Shown here in pieces: positions 1-13,100 of a stretch of 64,000 nucleotides of DNA (positions are counted from its first letter, which is position 1; each line of letters begins with the position of its first letter). Both the position numbers and the translations under genes were made by a program. Source of the DNA: Amphiscolops sp. MND2022. Its lineage: Eukaryota. The stretch covers positions 24,802,001-24,866,000 of the forward strand of contig OZ076409.1 in the NCBI GenBank assembly GCA_964187785.1, read 5' to 3'. A model generated the notes under the pieces. That model had not been told where the DNA came from. It did no database searches and saw only the letters and a list, made by a program, of their open reading frames with translations.

Positions 1-324
1 AATACAAATGTGTTAAGAAGCTTTTCGATCATCATCATCAGTCAAATCTAAAATTATAAACTTTACAGGAAGCTAAAGGTAGCATAGGTTCGTAAAACAA
101 GGTGTGAAGATAGATTCTATCAAACAGAGGCACCATGTGTGAAAAGGAGCGGCGCTCCAGCTCTAGAACGCGTACTTGAGGCTAACTATTTTGTCTTTAT
201 TCTCAATAGATTGAGAATCGAAAGTGCAAAAATGTATGTCAAAAACAGTATGAGTTTTGTTGTAGTCGGCATGAATATGCTGAGTTCAATGATAAAAAGT
301 ATAAATTTCTGAAACGTTTCCGCC

Positions 325-415
325 CTCGACCTTTCTAGGATTCGAACCCGCGTACACCTGCTCCTCGGTCCAGTCTCCACGCAGAGAAAGCAGCGTTAAC
401 CCGTAGGCCAAGTGT
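325..415 (-). mobile_element. tRNA-derived SINE-like head with Pol III A and B boxes
   Basis: Minus strand reads TGGCCTACGGG (A-box-like) then GGTTCGAATCC (B box); no convincing cloverleaf. Confidence 0.45.
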
Positions 416-618
416 ATAATACTCTCTAGCTTTTCACCAGAATTAGGTAGTTACTGACAGTAATGGTTGAGAAAAAAGCTGGTTTTTTTTTCAAAAATTG
501 ATAATATATCTGTTTTAAAATGGATTTTCCAGTTTGAGATCTGCGGTCTGGAGAAATAAATGGCAGTAGTCGGACAGCGCCTAAAAATGCAATCTTGTAG
601 TTTTGCTCTCCTTTTCAG

Positions 619-3600
619 TGTCAAACGTCATTCAGTTGGTTCCGGGGTTCCATCACATGGATGATCTTGACAAGATACGAAGGAAGAAAGCGGCTGCTGC
701 CGCTGCTGCATCTCAAAAAGTTGCAGAAGACTCTTGTTCTTCACAAGATGAATCTACAGACAAAACTCAAGCGAAGAAGGCTTTGGCCGTGACTGTAAAG
801 TTCGGAAAAAACGAATCCGAAGAAGCCAAAGCTAAGAGGAAGCAAACTTACTTGTATCTGAAGCAAGCGTGGGATGAAGAGCCTTGGTCGCCGTTAACTA
901 TTTTGAGGAATTCAACCAGAGCTGACATATTATCCAGATTATGGACTTGCTCAGTGCCAGCTCAACCCTTGAAAAATTTCGAGTAAGTGCTGTTTCCGTA
1001 TTTCAGTGTTGCTTTAAATATTTCTGAATGATGACTCAAAAACTTGTTCAAATTTTTGTACAAGCATTGAACTTATTTTCAGTCGCACCGATTACCTTAA
1101 ATGCTTGTTGCCTCATATTGATGACAATCTCCAGCAGAAAAAGCGCAAAGAGCCTTACGCCCCTTCGTCTGAACTGAACGTGGAAGGTCTCAAAAACATG
1201 AGCCTGGTGAGCAAAATAACAGCAATTTTGAAAAGTGCGTCTGTTGTGAAGTATTCCCAGCTGATAACTTTGCTCGGAAACAAAGCCGAGAAGGATCATA
1301 TCATTGGATGTCTCAAACAACTGGCCGTGTTGGTTCGGGGATGCTGGGTTCTATCGAGTGCCAAGTTGTACCCTGACAACTCAGTCAGTTCCGCTTGTGG
1401 CGTCAGTGCTCCCTTAATGAGGCGAGGACGAGACTACATTTTGTGGAAGATGAACAGATGTGGGTATGTTATGCGCAAAGAAATGTGTTCTCACACTAAG
1501 GTATTTCCAGTGATTTCATTTTCCTTCATGGAGGGATGACGTTTGATATTTTGCTTCCATTTAACAGCTACCTGGTGAAGAAGTTCGTGGAATTTTGGAG
1601 AAAATCAGTGAGCTGAACTCCGAAACTGGCTGGGAATTCCTCTATCCCATTGATACGTACTTTCTCGAAACAAACAAGGTCCTTTTCATTCATCGTAACC
1701 TAGTGTTATCTTTTTTTTTGAAAGTGAATTCAAACTTTAATTGACAGGCTCTGCGTGATGAATACATTGAGTACTGGAATGAGCATGGGAAGCAATTGTG
1801 TGATCAATTGGGTCTTGTGTTTAAACATGATCATTCTCCCACCAGATACAGGTCGCGAAACTATTCAAATGACTCATGGGGTAAGAAATCTTTTCCCTGA
1901 TGCTGTGCAGCTGGAAAGTCAATACTTCAAGCATTCAGGCTTCTAGCAAATAACATTATATTTTCCTCAGCTTTGTATCAGTTAGAATCGTTGATATCTA
2001 TCTCGTCAATAAGCTTTTCTGTTGGAGTGATCTAAAAATAAAGTGTTTCAGCAGTCTCACCTGGAGCAGGGGAAAGGAAACGAAAGAGAAGAAATTCTAC
2101 TCGACAGTCGATATCGATACAAGACGATACTTTGAATATGCTGACTTCAAGTGGTTTGTAGTTGAAACATTGAATTTCATTGGATTAATATACATGACAT
2201 ACATTAAAGTATTCATAAAGGTATAGAAAATCCAATGTGGACACAAAATGAGCATCAGTGCTCTTCAAGTTTGTGCCCATTTGATCAATCTCAGCACAAT
2301 TAAATATTAAGTATTGCTAAAACACTTTTAGTAAAATATTTCCATCAAACCTCTATTGTTCATGATGTAGACTGACAAAATGTCCTTGATATACATTTTG
2401 ATTTGGTTTTTGGTTAAATCTCCTAAGTTCTCTGGAATTAAATCAAAATCCAGCAACCAATTATAAGCTCTTATCATAGTATTTGACAACGATTTTCGCT
2501 TCACTATTGTTCGGCTACAAGGTACATCCAGAAATCCTTTAACCGCCCTCCTAGTGCTTATTGATTTGCCTGTAGTAAAAGTTAGAGACAGTTCCAAAGA
2601 TGATTCCTTTCGAATTTGCTTGAACAACTCTTGAATTACTTCCACCATGAAAAGTTCAAAAACGTTGAGAATTTTGTTGTCTGCTAATACATTGACCATT
2701 GAATCAAACTTCTTTTTGAAAAAAATTGCTCTCAATATTCGCCTCTGTGCACATTCAATTTTTTGTAAATTTGTTTTCGCTGCACTACCATAAACCAGTA
2801 GACCATAGCAGATAACTGATTTAGCAAAAGAGTTATAAAACATTAAAAGACATTTCCGTGGATAAAAGTGACGGACTCTGTATATAAGACCACAGAACTT
2901 GTTTAGTTTTTTTTACAACATAATCTATGTGCTCTCGGAAAAGGAGTTTTTTATCCAAGTGAACTCCCAGATACAAGACGATACTTTGAATATGCTGACT
3001 TCAAGTGGTTTGTAGTGCTATAATATAAGTCACTTAATAATATAAGTCAATTAATATAAGTGAAATTAGGTTTAAAGTGTAACAAAAGTAGTGTCTAAAG
3101 TCGGCAGGGGTGAAAATGAAAGCACCTGCTTAAGGGTGAAAGTTGTTTGAAAATGTTGAAAGGCTGCTCTCATGAAAGTTCCGAAAATCAGTGCCAAAAG
3201 TATTCGCCTCACCTGTGAATTCAAAAATTTTTTTTCCACCTGAGAACGTTAGAAAACCAATACCCGTCACCAATATTTTCAAAAAAATAGAATAGTGCCG
3301 AAAAACGTCCATAAGGTCTCATATGAATTTGTGGAGCAATTGAAAATATGAAATGCTCAAAGGGAACCCTTTTGGCCTCTATAGGCTTTAGATCTCATTT
3401 ATTCGTAAAGTCTGTAAAAGTGGACCATTTGATATGAATTTTATGGTCTGGAAAAACTAGACACCGTAATAGTTGGACACATTGTTACAAAAGGCTCCGA
3501 CTAGACGAAGAAACTTCCGAATGTTTTTACTTGTTCTTTTTCAGAAGGAGAGCTACTACGCAGATCGCATAGCAGTCCAAGTGAATCATCGGCGTCTGAA

Positions 3601-4047
3601 AAATTTTTATCGATTGAAGAAGTTAAAATCATGCAGAACCGCATGGGAGACTTTCTTATGGTCAAAGCGTCTGATCTTAAAGCGATTTTATCTCAGATAA
3701 CCAAGCGCAATCTACTTTTGGCTGATTGCATCAAAGCGGCCAGAGATCTGGATTTCTATGAAGTTTCTGTCAAAGGAGAAACAAAGGCGAAAATGACTAT
3801 GGCGTACTGTGTGCGCCCAGCTGAATTCTCCGAGGACGAAATGTTGCTTCTAAATCGATGTACGAGTATGTTCACTTCTAAAGGCTTCATCAACCGCCAG
3901 GCAGTTCCAAAGCTGATCGAAGGAGTGAATGTTGACAAAACTCTGCTGCAAAAAATTTTGGGACAGCTGTGTGATTTTAAAGACAAAAGATGGGTTCCAA
4001 AGTACCTTGGAGTCAGTCAGAGCGGAGAACATGACTGCATTGATTGA
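619..4047 (+). CDS. POLR3E: RNA polymerase III subunit RPC5 (Sin-like), 5'-partial; exons 619-982, 1083-1500, 1568-1678, 1748-1880, 2052-2153, 3545-4047
   Basis: RPC5-type motifs VIQLVPGFHHMD, EEPW, LKQLAVLVRGCWVLSS, RGRDYILW and GWEFLYPID. All junctions are GT-AG and phase-compatible. Earlier exons lie upstream of the window. Confidence 0.85.
2163..2969 (-). mobile_element. 5'-truncated LINE (CR1/L2-like), RT C-terminus plus 3' UTR, in a POLR3E intron
   Basis: Minus-strand translation YLGVHLDKKLLFREHIDYV...MFYNSFAKSVICYGLLVYGS...QRRILRAIF. Flanked by a 47-bp direct repeat (2116-2162 and 2970-3016). Confidence 0.85.
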
Positions 4048-4191
4048 GATGTTGTTCAAAAAGCTATTTATGTTTGTTTGTAATTATTTAAAGTCGAAAT
4101 GAAACAATCTTCAGAAAATGTTTTTTTTTGCGAAAGTACGAGGATTGAGTAGTTAAATAAATGAAACTGTTTTTCAGATTTCTTTGAATTC

Positions 4192-7100
4192 ATGTCGGAT
4201 TCTCAGGAAGCTGAACAAACGTGAGTACTTCTTTTCTTGAAATGAACTCTCTGGATTTCCCCATCTACGAATAAATCGCTAAAGTGTTCTCGCTAATGAC
4301 ATCGTCGGCTAGATTTTGAAAATTTGCGTCGGTAGTGGAAACTATCAATCAATTGATGAAATTTTTGCTCTTTGGAATTTGAAAAGATCTAAAAATTTGT
4401 ACCGTCTTGAAACGTTTAACTATTTCAAAAAATTATTTAAAAATAATGCAACTTTTTGGCTCAGGACATCAACCGTTGAGAAGAATAGATTAGCAGAAAT
4501 AAACGAGCCGTCCGAAGGGTGTCTTGGCCTCGAAGTATGTGAAGAGTTCGGTTCTCCGTCAGAGAAAGACTATCTATCTCCAACGGTTGATGAAAGTAAA
4601 CTTAAAGCCGGCCCAGAGGAAACCAACGTTTCTCCAAGAGCTTCTGGCCCAGGAAAGGATGCCCCTCTCAACAAATCACCAGGTAGATCTTCGGTTCCGG
4701 AAGTGTTTCGACTATGCCAGTGGTTTCACTTATTTCTTCATTTTGTTGAAATAATTCAACCTTATTTACCAACGGCTCATTGAGTTTTTTTACCCACGAG
4801 GTCAAACATAAGTGCCTTGAAATCTAATCAAATGTCTAGTTTTGACCTGTAGCTATTGCAACCGTTTTGAGCATTATTGCAAACATTCACTTCTGCCTGT
4901 TCTTGAAAATTCTCAATTCTGGCCCTTTTGAGTCTGCTGCTATAATTGACTTGTTTCAGAAAAAGACAAACTTGCCAACGCGGAAGATAAACCGTTATGC
5001 AAAGAATCGCCTCGGGAATCAAAACGCCACTCCTTGAAAGCCTCCAAAAATGAAGCGGAAAAGGTTGAAACGGAAGAGAATGAAGTTAAAGAAAAGCGCG
5101 CAGCGAGAGCGGATGTTGTCAGCAAAAGAAGTACAAGATCCATAACGTCAACAAACAACGGAAATACCGAACTTTCCAAGGATGAACCCAGCACACCTAC
5201 GAACAAGGTTGCGTCGCCCTTAGGAGTAGCTCTATCTAAACGTGCCCGCAGTACAGCTAGTGTTACTCCCAGGTAAATTATACTTGATTTTTAATCCGGT
5301 CATCCACAAACTGAAAATTCAGAGATCTTCGAAATAATTTGATTATCTGAATAATTGTTTGGTTCGGTAATCCAAAATTTCATTTCCAAAATCACCGATT
5401 CGCTGTAAAAGTTTCTGATTAAACAGTCGAATATTTACTGGCAATTATTTTTTGAGATGAAATGATAGCTTGATACAGTTTTTGCCAGAGTAAAACTCGC
5501 TTATTAGTATTTTCGAATTTGTAACACAAGGCAACTGATTATTAACACGAAGCAACTAATTATTGGAGAAACATCTATTATATTAAGTTTGCCTTTATTA
5601 GAGCATTTGTTTTTAGTCGGCGCTTCATGAAGTGAAACGCGACTATTATAGTGACTTTTTTCAATCCACACGAACTGACCAAAATAGTTCTTGAAGTTCT
5701 ACAAAATTTTATGGTCCTAAATTGAATCACTTGGCCTAGCGAACTGAACCAAAAAGGTTTTTCCTGTTTTTCCGTGTAACATACCGTACCGGGAGAGACT
5801 AAAGGGTCCCCCCTTTCAGTTTTTCGGCATTGTGAGACTTTCGAAAAAAAAATTCCCCAAAGGGTCCCCTCTTCAATTTTTAATGTTTTGCGACAGAATG
5901 GATGTTGAAAAATCCCAAAGGGTCTCCCTTTCAGTTTTTTTGGCATTGAGACTTTTTGTCGGAATTTTTTTTCACCAAAAGGTCCCCCTTCAAAAATGCG
6001 AAAGGGTCCCCCTTCAAAAATGCAAAAGGGTCCCCCTTCAAAAATGCGAAAGGGTCCCCCTTCAAAAATGCAAAAGGGTCCCCCTTCAAAAATGCGAAAG
6101 GGTCCCCCTTCAAAAATGCAAAAGGGTCCCCCTTCAAAAATGCGAAAGGGTCCCCCTTCAAAAATGCAAAAGGGTCCCCCTTCAAAAATGCGAAAGGGTC
6201 CGCCTTCAAAAATGCGAAAGGGTCCCCCTTCAAAAATTCGAAAGGGTCCCCCTTCAAAAATGCAAAAGGGTCCCCCTTCAAAAATCCGAAAGGCGTGCCA
6301 GTTCAGTCGTTTGGGTTTTTCGTGAGTTTGATACTCTTTTTGTGAGTTTGATACTTTGAGTTTTTTGAGACTTTCATGTCGTTTTGCTATTTTTGAGCCT
6401 TAGATATGGAACCGACTTATGCCGTTCCCGGCTTGTTTTAGTTATCAAGATCTCCATTCCCTCGGTCGTCACGAAGCGGAAAATGGCGCAGAAGGTGAGA
6501 TTACATAGTCCATAATTTCTCCCGACTTTTAGTTGTTTTAGTCCTAATCTGATTTTTATTTTAGAAGTATCTCCCAGGTACAGCGAAAAGAGCAAATGTT
6601 ATCAGACCAAAACACCGACACTTATCGTAAGTACCTGCTACTGTTATTTTGTGAAGCCAAAAACAACTGCGAAGATACTCAATTTAGCTGACGAAGATGC
6701 GATATCTTTCATTATATTCTTTCTATAGAAGTCTCGAAAGCGAAAGTTCCTCATATTTTGATCAAAATTACAACGGCAATTTTTGTTTCGAAATCGAATC
6801 AATCATTAAAAAGTTATATCACCTCTTATTTCGAAGAATTTTTTGAATTTTTATGCGCAATATAAGAAAAACTTTATAATTTCTAGACACCGTTCTCTAA
6901 CTTTCATGTTCACTTTTTCTGAGGATGCTCTCTTAAAAAATGAACAGCCAAAAGGAGTTGTAATTCCTTCAAAACAATATTTCCAAGGAGTAATGCGAGA
7001 AGAGTTTGCACTGTGTTAACATTTTGCGGTGTAAATTCTTGAGGGTGTTTGCAAAAAAAGTGTTTGTCAAAAGATCCGAATCGAAGATACAAAGTTAGTT

Positions 7101-10100
7101 GCTGACATTTTTTTGTTACGAACAGCGGCTTTCGAGATACTGTATGATAAATTTCAGAACTTGCTAAACGTCAAGAATTAGCCAAGTGTTATAAGTTTTG
7201 TAATTGACCCCGAAACAAAAATAACCCTGTAATTCTGATCAATATATGAGAATAATTTGCTGGTGGCATTTAGATATGTCAAAAATGTAAAAATTTATTG
7301 CGATTTGAAATTTTTGTCTTCAGCTTTTGTCGAGTTTCTTCAGCTTTTTGGTCCCTAGTGTATTACTGAATACTGATTTGAGCTACTGTATATCGTTGCA
7401 GGCACATAACAAAGACTACTATTGCTGGATTTGCCATGAATCCGAGAACCTACATGCTTGCAATATGTGTTTCCGAGTCTACCACACAGAGTGTCTTGAA
7501 TCAGACCCCGAAAGTGCGCCCTTCAACATCGACGTGGAAAAGCCCAACTGGGAATGTTATGAATGCCTGGTAAGTTCACAAGTCAGTCATCATGACGTGG
7601 ACTACTGATACGAGTCTTTGGTACCAAATAATTTCACATTAGTCCCAACTCAGCCTTTTAAGGCTTTTATATAATATGCTGTATCTTATACCGTGTATTA
7701 CTCAATTCTGAAATCGAAGATTTTTGGTTTTTTTCGGCATTCGTTAATGGAAGAAAGTTTTTAGTTGGAACAGAACTTACATACTTGCATGGAGCAATTT
7801 ATGTCAAAATAGCTGCCGAAAGTAGTATTCAACGAATTTTCAATACTTCAATGATCGTTGAAAGTTCTTGCTAATTAGTGTGTTTTTTCAGGCTGTTGAA
7901 AAGTGTACTCGGACTTCTCGATGCTCCACGTGGCTGAGCATTGAAAATTTAGGAATGTGCCTTCAAAAAGTTGTGTCTCGGCTCGCCAATACTCCCAGCT
8001 TCGACTTGTTTTCGGAAGCCGTGGATAAAAGCGAGTACCCAGATTACACCAAGTTCATCTACAAGCCCATGCATCTGGGCAAAATGGATAAGAAGGCGAT
8101 GACCTTGCAGTATGCTTGTGCAGAATCCCTACGACAAGACTGCAAACTCTTTTACCACAATTCCTCAATTTTTAATGGTCCCCACAGTCCCATCACAAGT
8201 TCAGCCAAGAAAATGCTGACTATTTGTGACAAAGAATTAGCTCAGGTAAGGATTCGTTTGTTTTTCCAACTTCAAATCTCTCAACTGTCCTATCAGATTC
8301 TTTGATGGTTATTACACTTGCGATAAGCAAGTGTTATGGGAAAGTGCGGGTGCTTTTTTTTTCCGCGCGACAACTCTCTGATTTCACGCGGCAACTCGCA
8401 AGTTTCACGCGTTCGTGGTCTAGTGGTAAGATGCTTGCTTTTCAACCCAGAGGTTTCATGTTCGAACCCGTGGGTATGCGCTAATTTTTTTTACAAGTAT
8501 TCCGAAGCAGAAGGTTCTGACTTTTTTCGGCACTATGAGACTTTTCGGCTTTGTGAGACTTTTTTTCGAAATTTTTTAAATGTCCCCAAAGAGTCCTCCT
8601 TTCAATTTTTTTGATATTTTGCAAGAGAACGAATAATAAAAAATCCCAAGGGGTCCCTTTTTTCAGAATTTTCGGCACTATGAGACTGTTCAAAATTCTA
8701 ATTTTTTTTTCAAAAATTTTTTAGACTCCCTTATTTTTTTCAAAAATTTTTTAATATCCCCAAAGCATCCTCCTTTCAATTTTTTGATATCTTGCAACAG
8801 AACGAATGTTATAAAATCCTAAAGGGTCCCTTTTTCACATTTTTCGGCACTATGCGACTTAGCGGAAACTTCAAAAAAATTCGGAAAATTTTTAGTTTTA
8901 AAAGACCGTTTTTCTAAAGACCGATCTTTTTTCTATGCGACTTTTTTAAAATTTGTTTTCACCGAAGCCCCTGCTCAATTTTTACAAGAAACGATACGTT
9001 TTGCGAGAGGACTCCTCAAGGCTTTGCGACTTACCGGAGACCATCAAAAATGTTTTCGAAAAATTTTGAAATTTTTTTCTTCTATTTTCTGTTTAAGGTT
9101 TTCCGTTGAGAAAGAATGGGTTTTTTGCTGTTTTCAGTTGGGGAAGAATTGTTTTCGAGGCTTACGCGTATCCCTTCGGGTATTTTTTGGCGCTGTAAAA
9201 TTGATGAAATTTTAATCTCCTTTTACCCTTGGTTTTCCGTATGATATTGCTTATTTGGTTTTCTTCAAAAGTTCGCAAGTGTTTGCGAAGCACGGCTTCG
9301 CCTCTGTGTTTCGAATTTGATAATTTGCCATCAAACTAGTTTTCAAATACGTTTCATGTATATTCCAGTGAGCTAAAGTAACAATTTTAGTTTTGCGGTA
9401 TCAGTAATGAAAATAAGACCTTTGAAATATAATATATTAAACATTCCATCTTTTTGAATCATTATGCATGTGTTCAGATTGAAGCCTGCCCGGATTGCTA
9501 TTGCAACAGTCTCCTTCGGTCCGACTTTTTCGAGACTCCATGCAGAATACCCCATCCTCTCGTTTGGGCCAAGTTCGGCAACTACCCCTACTGGCCCAGT
9601 AAGGTATTTGCGGTGCTGTATCCCTCAAAGAAAATGGACTGTCGGTTTTTCGGAGCCCACGACCGAGCGAATGTGCCCTTCAATTGTGTTTATAAGTTCT
9701 CCAAGGATCCTCCAGAGCCAGTCACCAAGCATCTCAAGAAGTTTGAAGTCGCTATCGCTGAGGCCGAACGATATGTGAAGAAACTGCAGACAGTTAGTAC
9801 ACGTTTGATGAAAGATGTCTAGAATGGAAATATTTTAGCAGAACAACATAATAATAATAATAATAATTGAATTTATCAGGGTGCGCTGTATATATAAGTG
9901 TCATAGAAAATTATAAACATAAAAGTGCAAACATAAAACAATTTAGCCCCTGAAAAGGCTTCCTATAAGCGCTTAGGCTTTTCAAGAGGAAACCTTTTGA
10001 AATGAATTTTTTTGTGTTTTTTCAGTTTTTTTCTTTTGTGTGTGTGTGTGTGGTAGAGATTTGACATTTAATAACCGTTTCAATCTATCCAGCTGAAAAA

Positions 10101-13100
10101 ATTCTAATTGCATATAAGATCAATCAAGTCACTATTTCCAAAAATGTAGAGATCTGCAATTTGGTGGTAGTAATTTTGAACAACTATTTTATTGAGACCT
10201 TTCTTTCGTGAGGTTTGGTGCTTTTGAATCCCGTCACACTGTCAAATAGCAACAACTTCGTTTGCAATTTGTCGAAGTTTATTTTCTGTAGTTCTGGGTA
10301 AGCTGGAATATCAATGAAGTCGGTCAATGAATCTTTTGCTCTCGTGTTACTCGGTTGGCGAATTCGTCGTTAAATTGAAAATGCCGCGGTGACGAGCGAG
10401 GCTATTCGTTTCTTCTTTTGAATTCTGTCGTTCAATAATTTCATTTACAGCTTCGCCGTGATAGATAATATTGACAGCAAGCGAGCATTGATTTTTAACC
10501 GGGAGTGAGTCTTTATTTTGCAGGCAGCCTCACCTTTTTCCGCTCATTTGTTAAAATTCGAACATAACCCGTGAAAACTAGTTGAAATTATAGATTTTTG
10601 TAAATTTCTCGAATATAGATTTTGTAAACGATTTTTCATCAGCTTGTGTTTCAGTATCAAAGTTTCAAACTCGCTGCGAACAAAACGAAGTACCTACCGC
10701 CAGCACAGGATGAACCTTTCGACGAGATCAACGAGAAAATTGCTGCTGAACTCAAAAAGCAGAACGAAGATTCAGAATCTGTTTCTTCGCAAATCCTGAA
10801 ACAAATAGACAGCAGTAGTGGTGGAGGCAGAAGCGAATCAAAAACGAGCAAAAAGAAATCAAGCAAAGATGACAATGAAATTGTTTCCACAGATGACCTC
10901 AGTTCCGATTCTGAATCTGATTCGGACTCTGAAATGTTATTGGCTAAGCTCAGCTCAGGTCATAAAACATCCTCAAAGAGCAACACCACTCCTGTGGCTG
11001 ATGCGAAAAACTCAATTTCCATCACATCAAAATCAGATGCGAAGAAAAGAATAAGCAGCAATCAGAATAGCTCCACGAGAAGCAAACGGGTATTGGGAAT
11101 GAGTTTCACGTCTCAGACTGATGAAAATGCAAATATGACTCCCATTCCGCCTTCGAAGAAACCGCGCAACGACACGCCGATGCCTTCAGGCACACATTCG
11201 AATAGGAGCAAGTTCAAATTGGAATTGAGTAACAAGAAAGAAATAGTTGCCAATTCACCTTTCAGTGAAGAATCTGAAGGTAGCAAGACTCCTAAAGAAG
11301 ACAAAGATAACAGTTCGTACAATAAAACCAGAAGTAGACGGTCTTTAAGTCCGTCAAAAGAGAAAGATGAGACCCTGGCGGATAAAAAAGAACGTTCAAA
11401 GGGATCAAAAGAGAAAGAGGTGGAAAATGAAGAAGAATTTGTAGAAGATGAAACTCCATCGCCAACGGAGGAAACCGACCAATTTTTACAAAGCCTTGAA
11501 GCTTCTGGGAAGAAGGAATCTGAAACATCGAGTGGGAAGAATGACATTTTGCCTCAGCTAAGTCAAACTGAAGTGGCTAGCAGTGAAACGGAAACAGACC
11601 AAGAAAAACAAAATACAGGCCTTTTTAGCAATCTTTCAGAAAGTATGGACACTAGTCCGTTATCGGAGGAGACATCGGATCTCTCAGAGACTAATCAAAT
11701 CACCTCTACTGGTTCCGAAGTAAAAACGGATCAAAAAACTTCATTCGAATCCCAAACGACTACAACGATAGAAAAACTAGAAGACAAAAAGGATGTAGTA
11801 CAAGTCACAACAGATTCGACAGCAAAATCAGAAGAGCCCATGGACTGTGCTCCAATTCACGACGAACCTCCTAATGCTTCAATTGAAGAAAAACCGAAAG
11901 ATGAAGTAAAACAAGAGAAACCGAAAAAAGAACAGTCCCGAATTGATGAGTCAAAACCTCAAACTATAAAAGCAGAAGTAGCTCTAGCTCCAACACAATC
12001 AGAATCACAAAGCCTACCATCTACAAATTCCAAGAAACCTTCCTTTGAATCTGTTTTGTTGGAGTTAGAAGAAACAGGCCGTGGAAAGCGAACCAAGATT
12101 AAAAACAGTCTCTATAATTCTGATGAGGAAGTGGACCCTCGCCAATTCACCAAGTCTTCAGTTGCTAAGAAAGCAAAGGAGAGCAAAGAGACTGTTAGTT
12201 CTTCAAATGGAAGCAGTTTAGCGGCTACTTTACAGGCGAAAAGGTTGGCAACTTTGACTCCTAAATCAGAAGCAAACACCTCACTGTCTCCGTCGACGAA
12301 ACCGACTGGCATGGCTTTCCAGCGCTCTGTTTCTCATGGGTCACCTGCTGTAAAGCCAGTCATTCTTAGCGAGTCTAACAAGATGCATTGCAAGCCTAAA
12401 GGAGTGGTTAAAGGCACCCCTCAGCCAACACCTCCCAAAACGGCCCCGGGACCTTCTTCCGAAGATGCTCTGGTTGACAAAGTTACCGAAAGAGTAAGTT
12501 GCAAAATGATATTGTAGCCAAAGGTTTATTTGTTTTTAGTGGTTGCATTTTTATTATTTCTGCGATAGCAGGAATATTATTGAAACCTCAAGATGTCTAC
12601 TTTTTTTCAGTGAAATTCTTCGCATGATACTGAATAATTCAGATATTTTGTTCGGTAGTGACTATAAGCGTGAGAATTAAATTTTTCAAGCTGCCGACGA
12701 CGATTTCAATTCTCGGGCGATGGAACGAGCAAGTGGTATTTATGCATTCGTACGCTGACGTCATTGAGATTGTGAAACTTCGTCTACGCTTAGTAGTTAT
12801 ATTTGCTTTAGTCCGAGATTTAAAGGCGGTATAAACTGGTACAGTGATTAATTGTGCGCTATATTAATGATTAAATAGGAGGGTATTGGTATTCCAGACT
12901 TGATTCTGTTATTAATGAAAGATTAAAACAGAAATAATAGTGTGCCCCGGAGGGGCCTATTTTGTAATAGTGAATTTTCGCGAGTTTACTAGAAACCGAT
13001 TCAAGTGATCAAATATAATCGTTTGAACCAAATGTTGGACCAAAAACGAGTTTAACACATTATACAACAAACGCTTAAAGGTCCGGAAAAGGCCCCATGG

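Noticed and set aside
5832..6359. Repetitive ORFs in four frames
   Set aside because: Artefact of a stop-free 24-bp minisatellite inside an intronic repeat.
8409..8481. Functional tRNA gene
   Set aside because: A and B boxes are present, but the acceptor and anticodon stems do not pair well and it is embedded in a dispersed repeat.
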